A stretch of 64,000 bases of DNA from Vitrella brassicaformis CCMP3155. Lineage: Eukaryota; Protista; Chromerida. A program made the position numbers and the translations under genes. The stretch lies in contig CDMY01000227.1 of NCBI GenBank assembly GCA_001179505.1, positions 496,001 to 560,000 on the forward strand. The letters are read 5' to 3'. Under the pieces are notes generated by a model that was not told the DNA's origin, made no database searches, and saw only the letters and a program-made list of their open reading frames with translations. Shown here piece after piece: positions 1-10,887 of the stretch (position 1 is its first letter; every line of letters begins with the position of its first letter).

Positions 1-26
1 CCCCATATGTCCTGCCTTTCTCTCAG

Positions 27-3000
27 GCTGCCATCAAGGAGGCGCAGGCGCTCCCAGGCCGCACAGCGGAGGCTGTCACCAACGTCGCCACAGCGACGGC
101 AGGCGCAACCAAGAAGGTAAGCACCGGTCACAGATGCCGCATGACGCTGCAATGAACACCATGGCCAATGTGATGGATCCTAATGTGTCTGTATTGGTTG
201 GCCACGTGTGCAGGCTGCCCAGAATGCAGCCGACGAGGCTAAGCGCCGGGCCACTGAGGCCGCCGAGGAAACCAAGGACAGGTGGGGATGTGCCAGCCAA
301 CATCTGATTTGCCTCCCGTCATGCATGGTTGCCTCCCTGCCTGCAGGTTCTTCAATGCGGTTGACTACGTCCTCGAAACACCAACCAGAGTAACCAAACA
401 AGTCAAGGACGCACTCGGTAGGCCACGTGTGGCATGGCTTAACACGCAGCGGGCGGTACACAAACGGACATGCCCTCCCAATGTTTGGCCAGGTATTGAG
501 GAAGCTCCCAAGCCAGCGCCAAAGCCGAAGGCCCCTGCAGCCCCCAAGGCGGCGGCGCCAGGGAGGCCCCTTGACGTAGGGGCGCCTGCTGTGGGGGCAG
601 CGTTCGGTGGCGTCTTCGGCGGCGCACCGGAAGGGCCCAAACCTACGCCCGTCAAGACCAGAGTGGACGAGAAACCTCGACTGAACGGCAAGAAGGAACC
701 GGTACGCATACACCGCCTTCGGCTGTCGAGACTGGGTCAATCCTGCGCATCTTCGCCTGTTCTGCCTTTGCAGGTTGCCGTCGAACGGACTCCAGAGGGT
801 GTGATAATCGTCAAGAGCCCTGAGGCAGCCAAAAGGAAGCCGGCTGCTCCGCCAAAGCCGGCCAAGACCACAAAAAAGGTGAGTGACGCACGTGAAAGAT
901 GTTGTACTTTCTCGGTGGATGTGTCCCTTGCTTGTGTGTGCAGCTCTCTGTCACTCCGGTGGCAGAGGAGACGAGGCCGCCGCCCAGGAAGGAGGTCAAG
1001 AGGGGGCCGGCACCCGAGCCGGCGGTGACCGGAGGCCTCTTCACCGGCGTCTTTGGGGGAGCACCCACTACAGCAGAGAAGCCTGTCACTCCAGTGAAGC
1101 CTGCAGTTGAAGAGGAGATAATCTCAGCCCCGAAGGCACGCAAGGCCCCCACCGGCCAGCCACCTCGAGCGGCAGAAGTGAAGCCAACAGAGGTGTGCAG
1201 AAACCCTCGTGACAGAGTGGTGTGTGAAAGATAAGTGTCTGTCTGTTTCAGGCTCCTGTGCCCAAGGTTGCCCCCACTGCGGCGCCGACACCGACCAAAG
1301 TAAGACAACGAACCAGCGGGAAGGTCAACACATCCATCTACCTTCTCTATTCTCAGGCCCCAGCTGTCGGGAAGAAGGAAGCGCCCAAGGAAGAGGAGGG
1401 TGGACTCTTCGCGGGTCTCTTCGGCGGTGCGCCGGCCGCCCCCGTTTCCAAGCCGAAAGAGCAGCCGAAGCCCGCTCCAAGTCCCGCACTAGCCAAGGCT
1501 GTTGCAGTGGGCGAGGCGCCAACTGAGGCTCCCCCGAGACCCAAGACCTTCCAGGAGAAGCAGGACGCACTGCGGTCCATCCTGGCAGAGCCAGCACCAG
1601 TCAGGAAGGCGCCGCCAACTCCACCTGCAGTGACAGCTGCCAAGCCAAAAACCCCTGCGGCTCCCAAGGCCAAGGAAGTGACCAAGGTCGAGAATGTCAC
1701 ACCTGCTGGGGGCATCTTCGCTGGGCTCTTCGGCGGGGAGCCGCCCGCTCCCACGACACCCAAGGCGCAGCCAGCCAAGCCTGCTGCGGTGAAGCCCGCT
1801 GTCTCTCCAGCGCCGAAGGTAAGGATGGTGGATCACCAGTCACACCGATCGCGACACATTCTGAACACATTATCAGGTGTCTGCCCGTCCTGTTGCGAAA
1901 CCGTCGGCTCCTTCCGTTGGTGGCCTCCTTGGTGGCGCTGTGACTGAGGCCAAGAAGCCTGCTGCTGTGCAGAAGGAGGTCCGCAAGGTCACCCCGGCCC
2001 AGCCTGGATCCTTTGCTGCCCCCCAGGAGGTGGGACCCAAGGTCAGACGGCAGACATCGCGGCCGCCGTCGAGGACTACAGCAGCGCTCACGCCTCCGAA
2101 ACCAATCGTGGCGGTGAGTCAAACCATTGTGTCCGCGATCTTCGCGAAGTCACGAGATGGATTTGTTCTTGATGTTTTCAGGCTCCGTCTGCTGCTCCGA
2201 AGGTTGAGGCGCCCAAGGCGGTGGCTGCCAAGCCTGCAGTCAAGGTAGCTGCCAAGCCGACTGCACCTCCTGCAGCTGAGAAGGGCAAGGCAGCGCCGAC
2301 CGAGGCACCAGTGGCAGGTCTGTTCTCCGGCCTGTTCGGCGGCGCCCCGGCTGCTGCGCCCGTCAAACAGGCTCCTCCGGCAGAGAAGTTTGAGGTCAAG
2401 AAGCCGGCTGTCTCAGCTGCACCACCATCATACGCTGCCCCGATGGTACGCGATGCGAACACCACAACAGATGCGACTAACGTATCTGCTTGGTGTAGGA
2501 GATCGGACCGAAGCGACGAAAGACACAGGGGCGTCCCACGGTGGCCCTCATTGGCGGCGGTCCCACACCTGCACCAAAGCCCATTGTGAAAGCCCCGACA
2601 GCCGCGCCGAAGCCAGTGATGAAGAAGCCAGAAATCAAGAAACCGTCCCCACCAACGAAGGTTGTCACGCCCAGCAAGCCGAGCACACAGGAGGTGAGTT
2701 GTTGGCGATCCAACGAATGATCAGAGAAGTTGAAATGATGCGGCTTTCTTGGTGTCGTTTTGCAACACTCCCTCTGTCAGGTCTCTCCCCTCGGTGGTCT
2801 GTTCTCGGGTCTCTTCGGCTCGCCCCCGGCCGCTGCTGCGCCCAAGAAGACCCCTGCGACCCCCGTCAAGGCCGAGATCAAGAAGCCCGCCGCACCAAGC
2901 AGACCGGCGCCAACTGCCGCACCCAAGAAGGCGACGAGCGCGGCTGCCCCATCGGCGGCTGGTGGCATGTTTGCCGGGCTGTTTGGCGGGGCGCCAAGTA

Positions 3001-5011
3001 CGACGACGGCGGCCAAGAAGGAGGTCCGCAAGCCCGTGATGGCCACCAAGACGATCGCCAAGCCGCCACCTGCTGCACCGGTAAGTCAGAGAAGTGGATG
3101 GGCCAAGGTTGGTGAAGAGAATGATCCCTTGTCTGTGTGTCTGTTGTGGATGGTGTTGGTACCAATATCAGGCTGCTCGGAAGGCCCCGGCTCCCACTGC
3201 TGCGCCTGTGCGAGTGATCCCACGGACCCAGGCGAGCAGCACGCCAGTCAAGGTGCGCAAGCTGGGCTCATCTCAGCCGGTGGGCCTCGCGCGGCCGGCC
3301 GTCACATCGCCGCCCAAGCCCGCAGTCAAGGCAACTGCAGCCAAGCCCGCTGCTGCCCCTTCACCGGCAGTCGCCGTGCCCAGGACACTGCCCAAGGTCA
3401 AGGTGGAGGCGCCAGCAGCACCCAAGGCCTCGCGCATCGTCGCGACACCCACCGCGGCACCCAAGAAGACCCCTGCGGCACCAGCCAAGCCAGCAACGGT
3501 GGCTGCCAGCGCCAAGAAACCATCGCCAGCCGCTGCGCCGCCCTCGAGTGACATTGGGGGCCTGTTCAGCGGCCTGTTCGGTGGCGGCCCGACTGCTGCG
3601 CCCAAGCCACTGGTCAAGGCACCGCCTGCGAAGCCCCTCAAGCAGACGGTCGCCGCGACGGTCGACAAGACACGGCTGGCCAAGGCGGCCCCACCAGTGG
3701 CAGCCAAGAAGACAGAGATCAAGAAGCCGGTGACGCCCAGCAAGCCGAGCACACAGGAGGTGAGTCGTTAGTCATTGAGTGAGTGATCAGCGAACTTGAA
3801 ATGATGCGGCTTGCTTGGTGCCGTTTTGCAACGCTCCTTCTGTCAGGCCTCTCCCCTCGGTGGTCTGTTCTCGGGTCTCTTCGGCTCGCCCCCGGCCGCT
3901 GCTGCGCCCAAGAAGACCCCTGCGGCCCCCGTCAAGGCCGAGATCAAGAAGCCCGCCGCACCAAGCAGACCGGCGCCAACTGCCGCACCCAAGAAGCCAG
4001 TGACCACAGCAGCGAAGCCGACTATCGTGGCAACGCGGCCATCAGCCTCGTCATCGAGGACGAGTGACGCGGGAGGCTTGTTCAGCGGCATGTTCGGAGG
4101 TTCGCCATCGAGCAGCACCAAGTCCACGCCAACAAAGGCCGCTGCCCCGAAGGTGAGGGCAAATGCCCATGAGCTGGCGATCGTCCTACGTGTTAGCATG
4201 TTTGTACGTTGCTGTGTCTACAGGTGATTTCCCGGGGTCAGCTGCCGAGCGAGCCACAGGTCAAAGTCAGGAAGCTGAGGTCATCTGGAAGCAGAAGTAC
4301 CTCTTCCTCCGCTCCCAAGTCATCACCCCGTACACCATCCCGCCCCCCCGTCGCATCCGTCACCCCCCCAAGAGCACCCCAGCCTTCACCGCCGGCCAGG
4401 CCATCTCCACCACCCTCTAGCACACCATCTGGAGGGCTGTTCGGGGGCATGTTCGGCGGGGGATCCAAGCCAGCTGCCCCCAGGACCGCCCTAACAAAGC
4501 CTCCCGTGAAGCCACCTTCCGTCGCCGTCAAGGCCACACCACCACCGGTCAAGAGGAAACCGGAATCAAGTGGTGGAGGTGGATTGGGTAAGCTGGCTGG
4601 GCTGCTCGGTGGGGCGGTGTCGTCGGCGCCGAGCAAGCCAGCGGTGAGGAAGGATCCTGGTGCCGACAGCAGGCGGGCGGCGCTCAGTGGTGTGCTCAAC
4701 GGGGGCGGCCAGAGGCAGTCCAGCAGCAAGGGCAAGGACCTCGACGTGCTCGAGAAGAAGATACTCAGGATATACGAACAGTACCCGGTGAGGGGAGGGA
4801 GGCAACGACACGGGCAGTAGAGAGTCTACCAGTAGACAGACTCTCTATTGCATGGCGTCACGGTTAACTGTCTGCATTTCTGGTGCGTGTGTGTGACATT
4901 CAGTCGCTGAAGAAGGGGTACAATCCACTGGAGACCCCCGAGCAGATCCGCGCCGAGGCCGAGAGGATCAGGAAGCTCTTCCGGGAAGCCAACACACCGC
5001 TGCCTTTCTGA
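27..5011 (+). CDS. 5'-truncated, ~16-exon, ~1,300-aa Pro/Ala/Lys/Thr-rich repeat protein with recurring GG[LIM]FxG[LVM]FGG motifs and a short helical C-terminal domain; function unknown
   Basis: Hand-spliced exons with canonical GT-AG: ~27-116, 214-281, 347-417, 492-700, 773-878, 944-1191, 1252-1323, 1357-1818, 1877-2112, 2182-2444, 2499-2693, 2781-3080, 3172-3760, 3847-4152, 4224-4787, 4904-5011. The frame is continuous and ends DLDVLEKKILRIYEQYP|SLKKGYNPLETPEQIRAEAERIRKLFREANTPLPF* (TGA 5009-5011). Confidence 0.85.
2665..3986 (+). repeat. Intragenic duplication: ~2665-2930 and ~3733-3986 are near-identical copies of exon end + intron + next exon start
   Basis: Both copies read ..cccagcaagccgagcacacaggag|gtgagt..gaaatgatgcggctt..ctgtcag|g[tc]ctctcccctcggtggtctgttctcgggtctcttcggctcgcccccggccgctgctgcgcccaagaagacccctgcg..gcacccaagaag. 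The intron copies are also clearly homologous. Confidence 0.95.
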
Positions 5012-6420
5012 CTGACATAGCCACACGTAGATAGACCCGTAGAGCTCGATACACGAGCAGAAGCTGCAGGTCATCGCCCGAGAGAGAGAAAGAGGGACAA
5101 AGTCAGTCAGGGGGCAGCATTTTTCATGCGCGACCCGAACTGCAGAGAGGAGTGCCATCCATCCATCCATCCATTCATCCATTCGTGGATCCATCGCTGG
5201 CTGTGGCAGGCAGGGAGGCAGGGAGGCATGTACAGACGGGTGTTGATTTTTGGTTGGCTGGTGGCGGGGGAGGGCTGGGGAAGAAGCGGGTGTTACGGTG
5301 CGGCAAGAGAGTGAGTCGCATATTCATCCTTCGGGTATCCATCCCTTTTCGTTTCTGTTGGCGATCGCATCCATGGCTACCTTTCTGTCTGAGTGAGGGT
5401 CTTGTGTTGGGGGGGATTTTTCATGCGGCCAAGCGCACCCACCGCCGGCCGATCGATCAACGTGGGGCCTTGCTTTCTGGACAACCGTGCATATCGCATC
5501 GCATATCCATGAGTGCCTGTACATTCATTCCGCCACTGACTGACTGACTGATTGAGGGATTCCATTGGCTGAATGGCTGGCTGGCTGGCGAATGAATTGA
5601 GAGGGCAGGCAGTGTTTTTACGTACGTGAGAGTGAGGGCGAGAGTGAAAGGTGTGAGAGCATTCCATTTTTTCTCACAGAGCTGTGTGGCTGCGACTGTC
5701 TTGAGCGGCTATCTGGCTGCAATCATATGGATGCAATTGTGCGTGCAGGGGCACACTGACTGACACGTATGTATGCATCGACTGACAGACGTGGTAGGCC
5801 GAGGCCGAGTTTTTGCGTCCCTGCATCCGTGCAGTTTTGCTTTCCGCTAGATGAGATGTGTCGCGTGTGCGGCGATCGGGGCCCTTCCTTATCACTTGTA
5901 CGTGAGTGCACTGCACGTTTGTACGCCATTGGTGGCCAGACACACGGCTAGGTGGATGGCTTGCTGAGACGAGGCATGGTGGAAGGCTTGTTGCGCGTTG
6001 GATGGATGGGTGGAGTGTTGTCTACGTGAAGACCTCTGCGGCCATGTGCGTGTGTTGGTGCGCTGTGTGCCTGTCAACTCATTCATGAATCTGCTTCACA
6101 ATGACGCTCAAGGTTGACTCACCACGTCTGTCCATCGATCGACAGAAAAGCGCTACAGTGCAGTCAGCACACGAGACACCAGGAAGAAAGCAGCAAGGGC
6201 AGGCATAAAACAAATCGACGGAAAACTTTAGGGCCAGGGTCCCTTTTCGCCCCTTTCGGGCCCGTGAGTCTGACACACGAGAAGACCTTTTCCGCTCTAC
6301 ATAGTAGGGAAAAACACCATCGTTACCGTTTCTGTCTGCAGATGCCGCCTGGGGGCGTCTCGGCTGCGCTGGCCACTTGGGGGCCTCCTCATCTCTCGTG
6401 CTTGAGCTTATCGGTCTATC

Positions 6421-7853
6421 ATGATGCTGGTTGCCGTCCTGATCATCGCCGCTGTCCTTCCCTCCTCTTCAGGTGCCCGACAAGGCGCTCTTCCGCACTA
6501 TCGTTCGCGTGTCGAATGGTGTGTCGTGCACAGGCCATGCGCTGTGGGTGCCGTCCAACGGCACAGAGGCGGACACCGACAATAACATGTGCATGGCAGG
6601 CGCTTTCGACCAAAAACTCGCCACCGTCGAGTCAGACGTCCAAAGCGATGATTCAGAATGCTGCTGCGTCACAGACGATTGGCGGGAAGACATGCCCTGC
6701 GATGCGCGAAGACATTGCGAGGTGGGGGAGCTCATTTGTCACCTGCCACCAATTCCATTTGTGCCACTTATTCCATTTGTCCCACCGGATTATCAGCGGA
6801 ACGACGGAAAGCTCATCCCAGGGTCTTGCGCGGAGACGGCGAAAGAAGCGAAGGAGAAGAAGTGGCAGGACACCCACGGCAGTAACCCCCATTGCTGCGT
6901 GTTGGCGTCTGAGGCCGCCTGGAAAGGCGCCATGCGGATCATTTTGGGTTGGACCTTTCCCGCCTTCCATGGCGATGACTGGGAGGAACAGAAGCGACAG
7001 CACGAATACAAGAAATTGGTCGAGGGCGTTGGGCAGGGCGGTTTCTCGGCAAGTTGTTACCGCATCCATTCGGACTCGCTCACCGCATGCAAGGCTGAGA
7101 CCATGCACATGAAATCACAAGGTCTCTTCCTGTCCAACCAGTTCCTCAAGATGCCGCCTCTTGAACAGATGAAACGTGCCAAAGAGTCCTGTGACGTCTG
7201 GCCCTGCCGCGTAAGCGATGGCATGTCTTTGTGCTCAAACTCCAATCTGATGCATATGGGTATCTGCTTTCTCACTCAGGAAAAGAAGACTCTCAGACTG
7301 GAACATCCTCTCGTTAAAGACTTGACGCCGCGCAAGTTGACGGACTTGAAGCGAATCGCTCCAGACACGCGATACAGCTGTGCTGCCGATGCTACACGTA
7401 CGAGGCAACCGAGACATCACCATACATACATGCATGTTGTACATGATGGCCTGCTTGTATGCACTGTTCTTAGCTTGCCAGATAGACGGCCGTTGTCAGG
7501 AAGGTCTCGTGTGCGTGTCATCCCGCGCTCCCCAGGACGTAGAGGGCGTAGCCTACATTCTCAGCGATTCTTCGGAGCGGGACAAGCGGCAGCCATGCAT
7601 ACACAGCCGCATCGCTTGGCTCTCGGGCTTGGCCAAATCTACCCGCGCTGAAGCCGCCAACCTAGACACCACCGGCATCGTCAGGAACAGTGCGCTCTTC
7701 AAAGGTAGCAAGGAGAGGGAACAAAGACAAAGGCAACGAGAATTGGCGCCGCCAGTGCCACTTGCTTGGTGTGTGTCACCTCTTTGGCCCACCTCTTTCT
7801 CTCTCTCAGGGTGCCTGTGCTGCAAAGATACTCAGGCAGGCAACCGGCGCTAG
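6421..7853 (+). CDS. Secreted Cys-rich protein of unknown function (4 exons)
   Basis: ATG 6421 has an in-frame stop upstream and gives MMLVAVLIIAAVLPSSSG (signal peptide-like). An intron at ~6473-6534 joins it to the long ORF 6473-7651 (CCCVTDDW..PCD..HCEVGELIC..HCCVL..). Further exons lie at ~7481-7703 and ~7810-7853 (GCLCCKDTQAGNRR*). Confidence 0.65.
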
Positions 7854-7988
7854 CTGACGAGACCCTTGTTCAAAGGAAGCCACGAATGCATGCATGACCG
7901 AATGCATGCATGCATGAGAGAGAGATTGAATGTCTGATCGAACGAATTTCCTTTGAGTGGCCTGAAAGAGATCATGCACACAATGGAG

Positions 7989-7989
7989 A

Positions 7990-8038
<49 letters not shown>
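7989..8038. repeat. Compound (GT)n(GA)n microsatellite
   Basis: gtgtgtgt...gagagaga run visible directly. Similar (CA)n(GA)n run at ~25908-25949. Confidence 0.95.
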
Positions 8039-8041
<3 letters not shown>

Positions 8042-8608
8042 AGGGGAGTGATGGATGGACCCAGTCAGTCAGCTGACTGCGTCTGTCGATGATGTGTTCC
8101 CTTTTGCGCGGGCGTGTGGGTTGATCGGTGAGTCGTTCCATGGATGAATGCAGACAGAGCGCAAGCAAGAACCAGAGGACGACAGTGAAAGAATGACAGA
8201 TGGACGCAATCATTCAATCAATCAAAATCAAGGAGAGGCTAGTGTTGGTTGGCGAGGTTCACACTGGGTCGCTTCTTCTTCTTCTTCTTGCTGTTGCTGT
8301 TGCTGGTACCTTCCATCTACACGTGTTTGGGGACGAAGAGATGTATGTGGATTTTAATGAGGGTACCGTGTACATTCAGAGGACCGGAGAGACTAGACAA
8401 AGCCCACTGCAGAAGAAGAAGCGACAGCAAGTTCGGCGGCTAGTTCGGCGGCTGTGCCGCCCACCGCCCACCAATCCTTCCGTCCTCACACATGCACACA
8501 TATTGTCCAGCGACAACCGACTGCCTATTAACAGAACCCCTCATTTCATTGATTGCTCTCACACCGACTAACTGCCTGTCATTGGATGGATGGATACGCA
8601 TGTCTTTG

Positions 8609-9431
8609 TCAGGTGCACTTGGCCTCCTCCAGAGGTGGACTTGGGGCCCCCTTGACGTACTTGACGGACACCGAGTTGACGCAGTGCCTCTCGTTGGTGT
8701 CGGTGAAGCGCTCCCCTGTGAAAACGTGACCGAGGTGGCCGCCGCAGTTGGCACACATGATCTCGATCCGTATCATGCCGAACGAGCTGTCCGTCTCAGT
8801 GTACACGCTCTCTGCATCCATCCACACACGACACACATCCACACCGAAGCACGCTGAGTGGGCGTCATTCATTCCTTCCCGCAGCCCACCTACCTTTGTA
8901 GCATTTGTCGAATGCGGGCCAGCCGCACCCAGAGTCGAACTTGGCCTTGGCTGAGTAGAGGGGGTTGCCGCACGCCGCACAGGCAAAGTAGCCCTCATCT
9001 GGGTAGAACCTGCAGGCACAGAGGCAACCGTGCGTAGGAGGGGCATTGTGTGTTGTTTTGCAAGCGCATGCCCACTTGTTGTATTCGCCCGTCCCCGGCC
9101 GCTCTGTGCCCTTCTCGCGAATGATGTGGTACTGCTCAGCTGCAATCACAAGACCATGACGCAGATCCCATCCCGTCAGTCAGTCACCCTGCCGATGCGT
9201 CCATGTCATGTCACTGGCCTTCCTCTCTCTGGCTGCCCTCCTTACTTACGTGTGAGTTCCTTCTTCCATTCTCTGCAAAGGCCAGCCAACACACATGGCA
9301 GTGCAGTGCAGTGCCTGCGTGTGTCACGGTGAGTAGTAGGTGTGTCTGTTGTTCGCTCACTCAGGAGGCTTGTTGATCTCAAAGACATGGCCGCCTTCGC
9401 CGATCTTGGCGCCTCCGAACAGCCTGTGCAT
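8609..9431 (-). CDS. msrB: Peptide methionine-R-sulfoxide reductase B (Zn-binding, Cys-type)
   Basis: Spliced exons give HVFEINKPPE|EWKKELT|..EQYHIIREKGTERPGTGEYNK|FYPDEGYFACAACGNPLYSAKAKFDSGCGWPAFD..|..EIMCANCGGHLGHVFTGERFTDTNERHCVNSVS. Two CxxC motifs, GCGWP and catalytic RHCVN are present. The start codon is uncertain. Confidence 0.95.
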
Positions 9432-9643
9432 GTGGGACAGTCGATGCAGCCTGCTGCGGGAGAATGGCGACAAGGCAGGGACGTTGTGCGGGGCAGCGAA
9501 TGAGGAAATGCGCCTCAATGAGAAGGAGACGACTGCGGGAAGAAGGAGTACTGACGAAGATAAAAGAGCACTCATACGCCACCTCATGTGCTTCGTTTGC
9601 GTCGTGTTGTTGAGAGAAAGACAGACTCAGCGCCGATCAGTCT

Positions 9644-9653
9644 GCGAGCTTAG
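9644..9653 (+). promoter_or_regulatory. Candidate upstream element GCGAGCTTAG, ending 16 nt before the HAD-IIA ATG
   Basis: Exact 10-mer shared with 11952-11961 and 43071-43080; all three are in divergent promoter regions. Confidence 0.5.
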
Positions 9654-9669
9654 AGGTGTTTTGCAGGCG

Positions 9670-10887
9670 ATGCGTTGGCTGGTGTGTCTGATGCTGTATT
9701 CACAACATCTATACAGCCCAAGGCTGGCGGCATTCATCTCTTTTGACGGCTTCTGGACCGATGCCGTTCTTGGGAGGCAGCGCTGCAGCCGGCACCGTCT
9801 GCGTCTGTACGCCTCAGCAGAACCGAGATCTGCCGTTGTGAGTGAGGCGACAACGACCGCACGCCTCGGAAGGCTGTCGCACATCGGAGTCACTTTCGAC
9901 GCGCTGCTTTTGGATCAGTTCGGTGTCCTCCACGACGGCTCGACGCCATACCAAGGGGCGGTGGAGTGCTTCAACCACTTGGTTTCCTCCGGCAAGAAGA
10001 TCGTCCTATTGTCCAACTCATCCAAGCGCAGCGGCAAGACGAGAAGCAAGATGGCGTCAATGGGCTTCAACATGGCTCAGGGTGCGACAGAGATCATCAC
10101 GAGCGGCGATGTGGTCTTCCAGTGCCTCTCGCAGCTGCAAGACTCGTCAGCCTTGGGTGCTGCTGATGAGTTTCGAGGCTTCTCGGCGGAGAGGAGGCGG
10201 TGTGTCGTGTTCGGAAATGGCGACGATGACTGGGAGTATCTGAAGGATTGCGGCTGTCAAGTGGCTGATGTAGCGGATGCTCAGTTTATCCTTGCTCGTG
10301 GGCTCTTTGAGCTGCACCGGGATGCTGAATCGCCGCCAGCAGTCTTGGGCGCGCCGCCCCTTCACGCACTTGGGAGAAGAGTAGCAGCTGCAGCAGGAGC
10401 AGCGCAGCAAGCCGACGTGCCCCAGCTGAGTGAGGCCGAGGGCCTTGTCTATGACGTTCTCCTCCAGTGCCGCGCAGCCGCCCTTCCCATGATCGTCGCC
10501 AACCCAGACTTCACCCGTCCCGACGGCAACGACTCGCCGATGCCCGGCCGGCTGGCAGGGTTATACGAGGCCATGGGAGGCGACGTGAGGAGAATCGGCA
10601 AGCCGCACGGATTGGCGTATCGGATAGCTGCCGACTGGCTCGAGAGGCAGCACTCGGTCCACGACAGGAGCCGGGTGCTGGCCGTGGGAGACTCCCTTCC
10701 CCACGACATTTTGGGAGCCAATCGTGAGGGATATCCGAGTGTGTTTATCGCGGGTGGGGTGCATTATTGCGAGCTGGGGCTGGGGAGACAAGGGGGGAGC
10801 GAGATGCCCGATGAGGAAAGGCTGCGGGCTGTGTTAGACGAGTACGATGTGAGTGCGACTTACTGTCTGCCGTCGTTCGTGTGGTGA
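9670..10887 (+). CDS. HAD-superfamily subfamily IIA hydrolase, intronless, with a putative bipartite (signal + transit) plastid presequence
   Basis: Motifs LLDQFGVLHDG (I), LLSNSSKR (II), IVANPD, IGKPH (III) and VGDSLPHDILGAN (IV). The N-terminus from ATG 9670 is MRWLVCLMLYSQHLYSPRLAAFISF.. followed by an Arg-rich stretch. Confidence 0.9.
   Translation: MRWLVCLMLYSQHLYSPRLAAFISFDGFWTDAVLGRQRCSRHRLRLYASAEPRSAVVSEATTTARLGRLSHIGVTFDALLLDQFGVLHDGSTPYQGAVECFNHLVSSGKKIVLLSNSSKRSGKTRSKMASMGFNMAQGATEIITSGDVVFQCLSQLQDSSALGAADEFRGFSAERRRCVVFGNGDDDWEYLKDCGCQVADVADAQFILARGLFELHRDAESPPAVLGAPPLHALGRRVAAAAGAAQQADVPQLSEAEGLVYDVLLQCRAAALPMIVANPDFTRPDGNDSPMPGRLAGLYEAMGGDVRRIGKPHGLAYRIAADWLERQHSVHDRSRVLAVGDSLPHDILGANREGYPSVFIAGGVHYCELGLGRQGGSEMPDEERLRAVLDEYDVSATYCLPSFVW

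Noticed and set aside
595-4460. Calling the repeat protein Nup98 or another GLFG nucleoporin outright
   Set aside because: The spacers are Lys/Pro/Ala-rich rather than Asn/Gln/Thr-rich and charge-poor, the motifs are sparse, and I see no GLEBS or autoprotease domain. Kept only as an alternative hypothesis.
76-4811. Many long minus-strand and alternative-frame ORFs over the first gene
   Set aside because: They are shadow ORFs of GC-rich, Pro/Ala-biased coding sequence; splice signals and frame continuity support only the + strand model.
7885-7915. TGCATGCA runs (known apicomplexan ApiAP2 site), also at ~39853 and ~50488
   Set aside because: They occur as (ATGC)n microsatellite-like runs in UTR, CDS and intron contexts with no promoter bias.
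8200-8571. Two overlapping small + strand ORFs with hydrophobic, signal-like stretches
   Set aside because: The hydrophobic run comes from (CTT)n/(GCTGTT)n repeats, one ORF lacks an ATG, and the region is probably the msrB 3' UTR.
9340-9669. 5' extension of the HAD ORF (515-aa version)
   Set aside because: It begins at a non-ATG codon and overlaps the msrB 5' exon and the shared promoter; ATG 9670 gives a plausible presequence.
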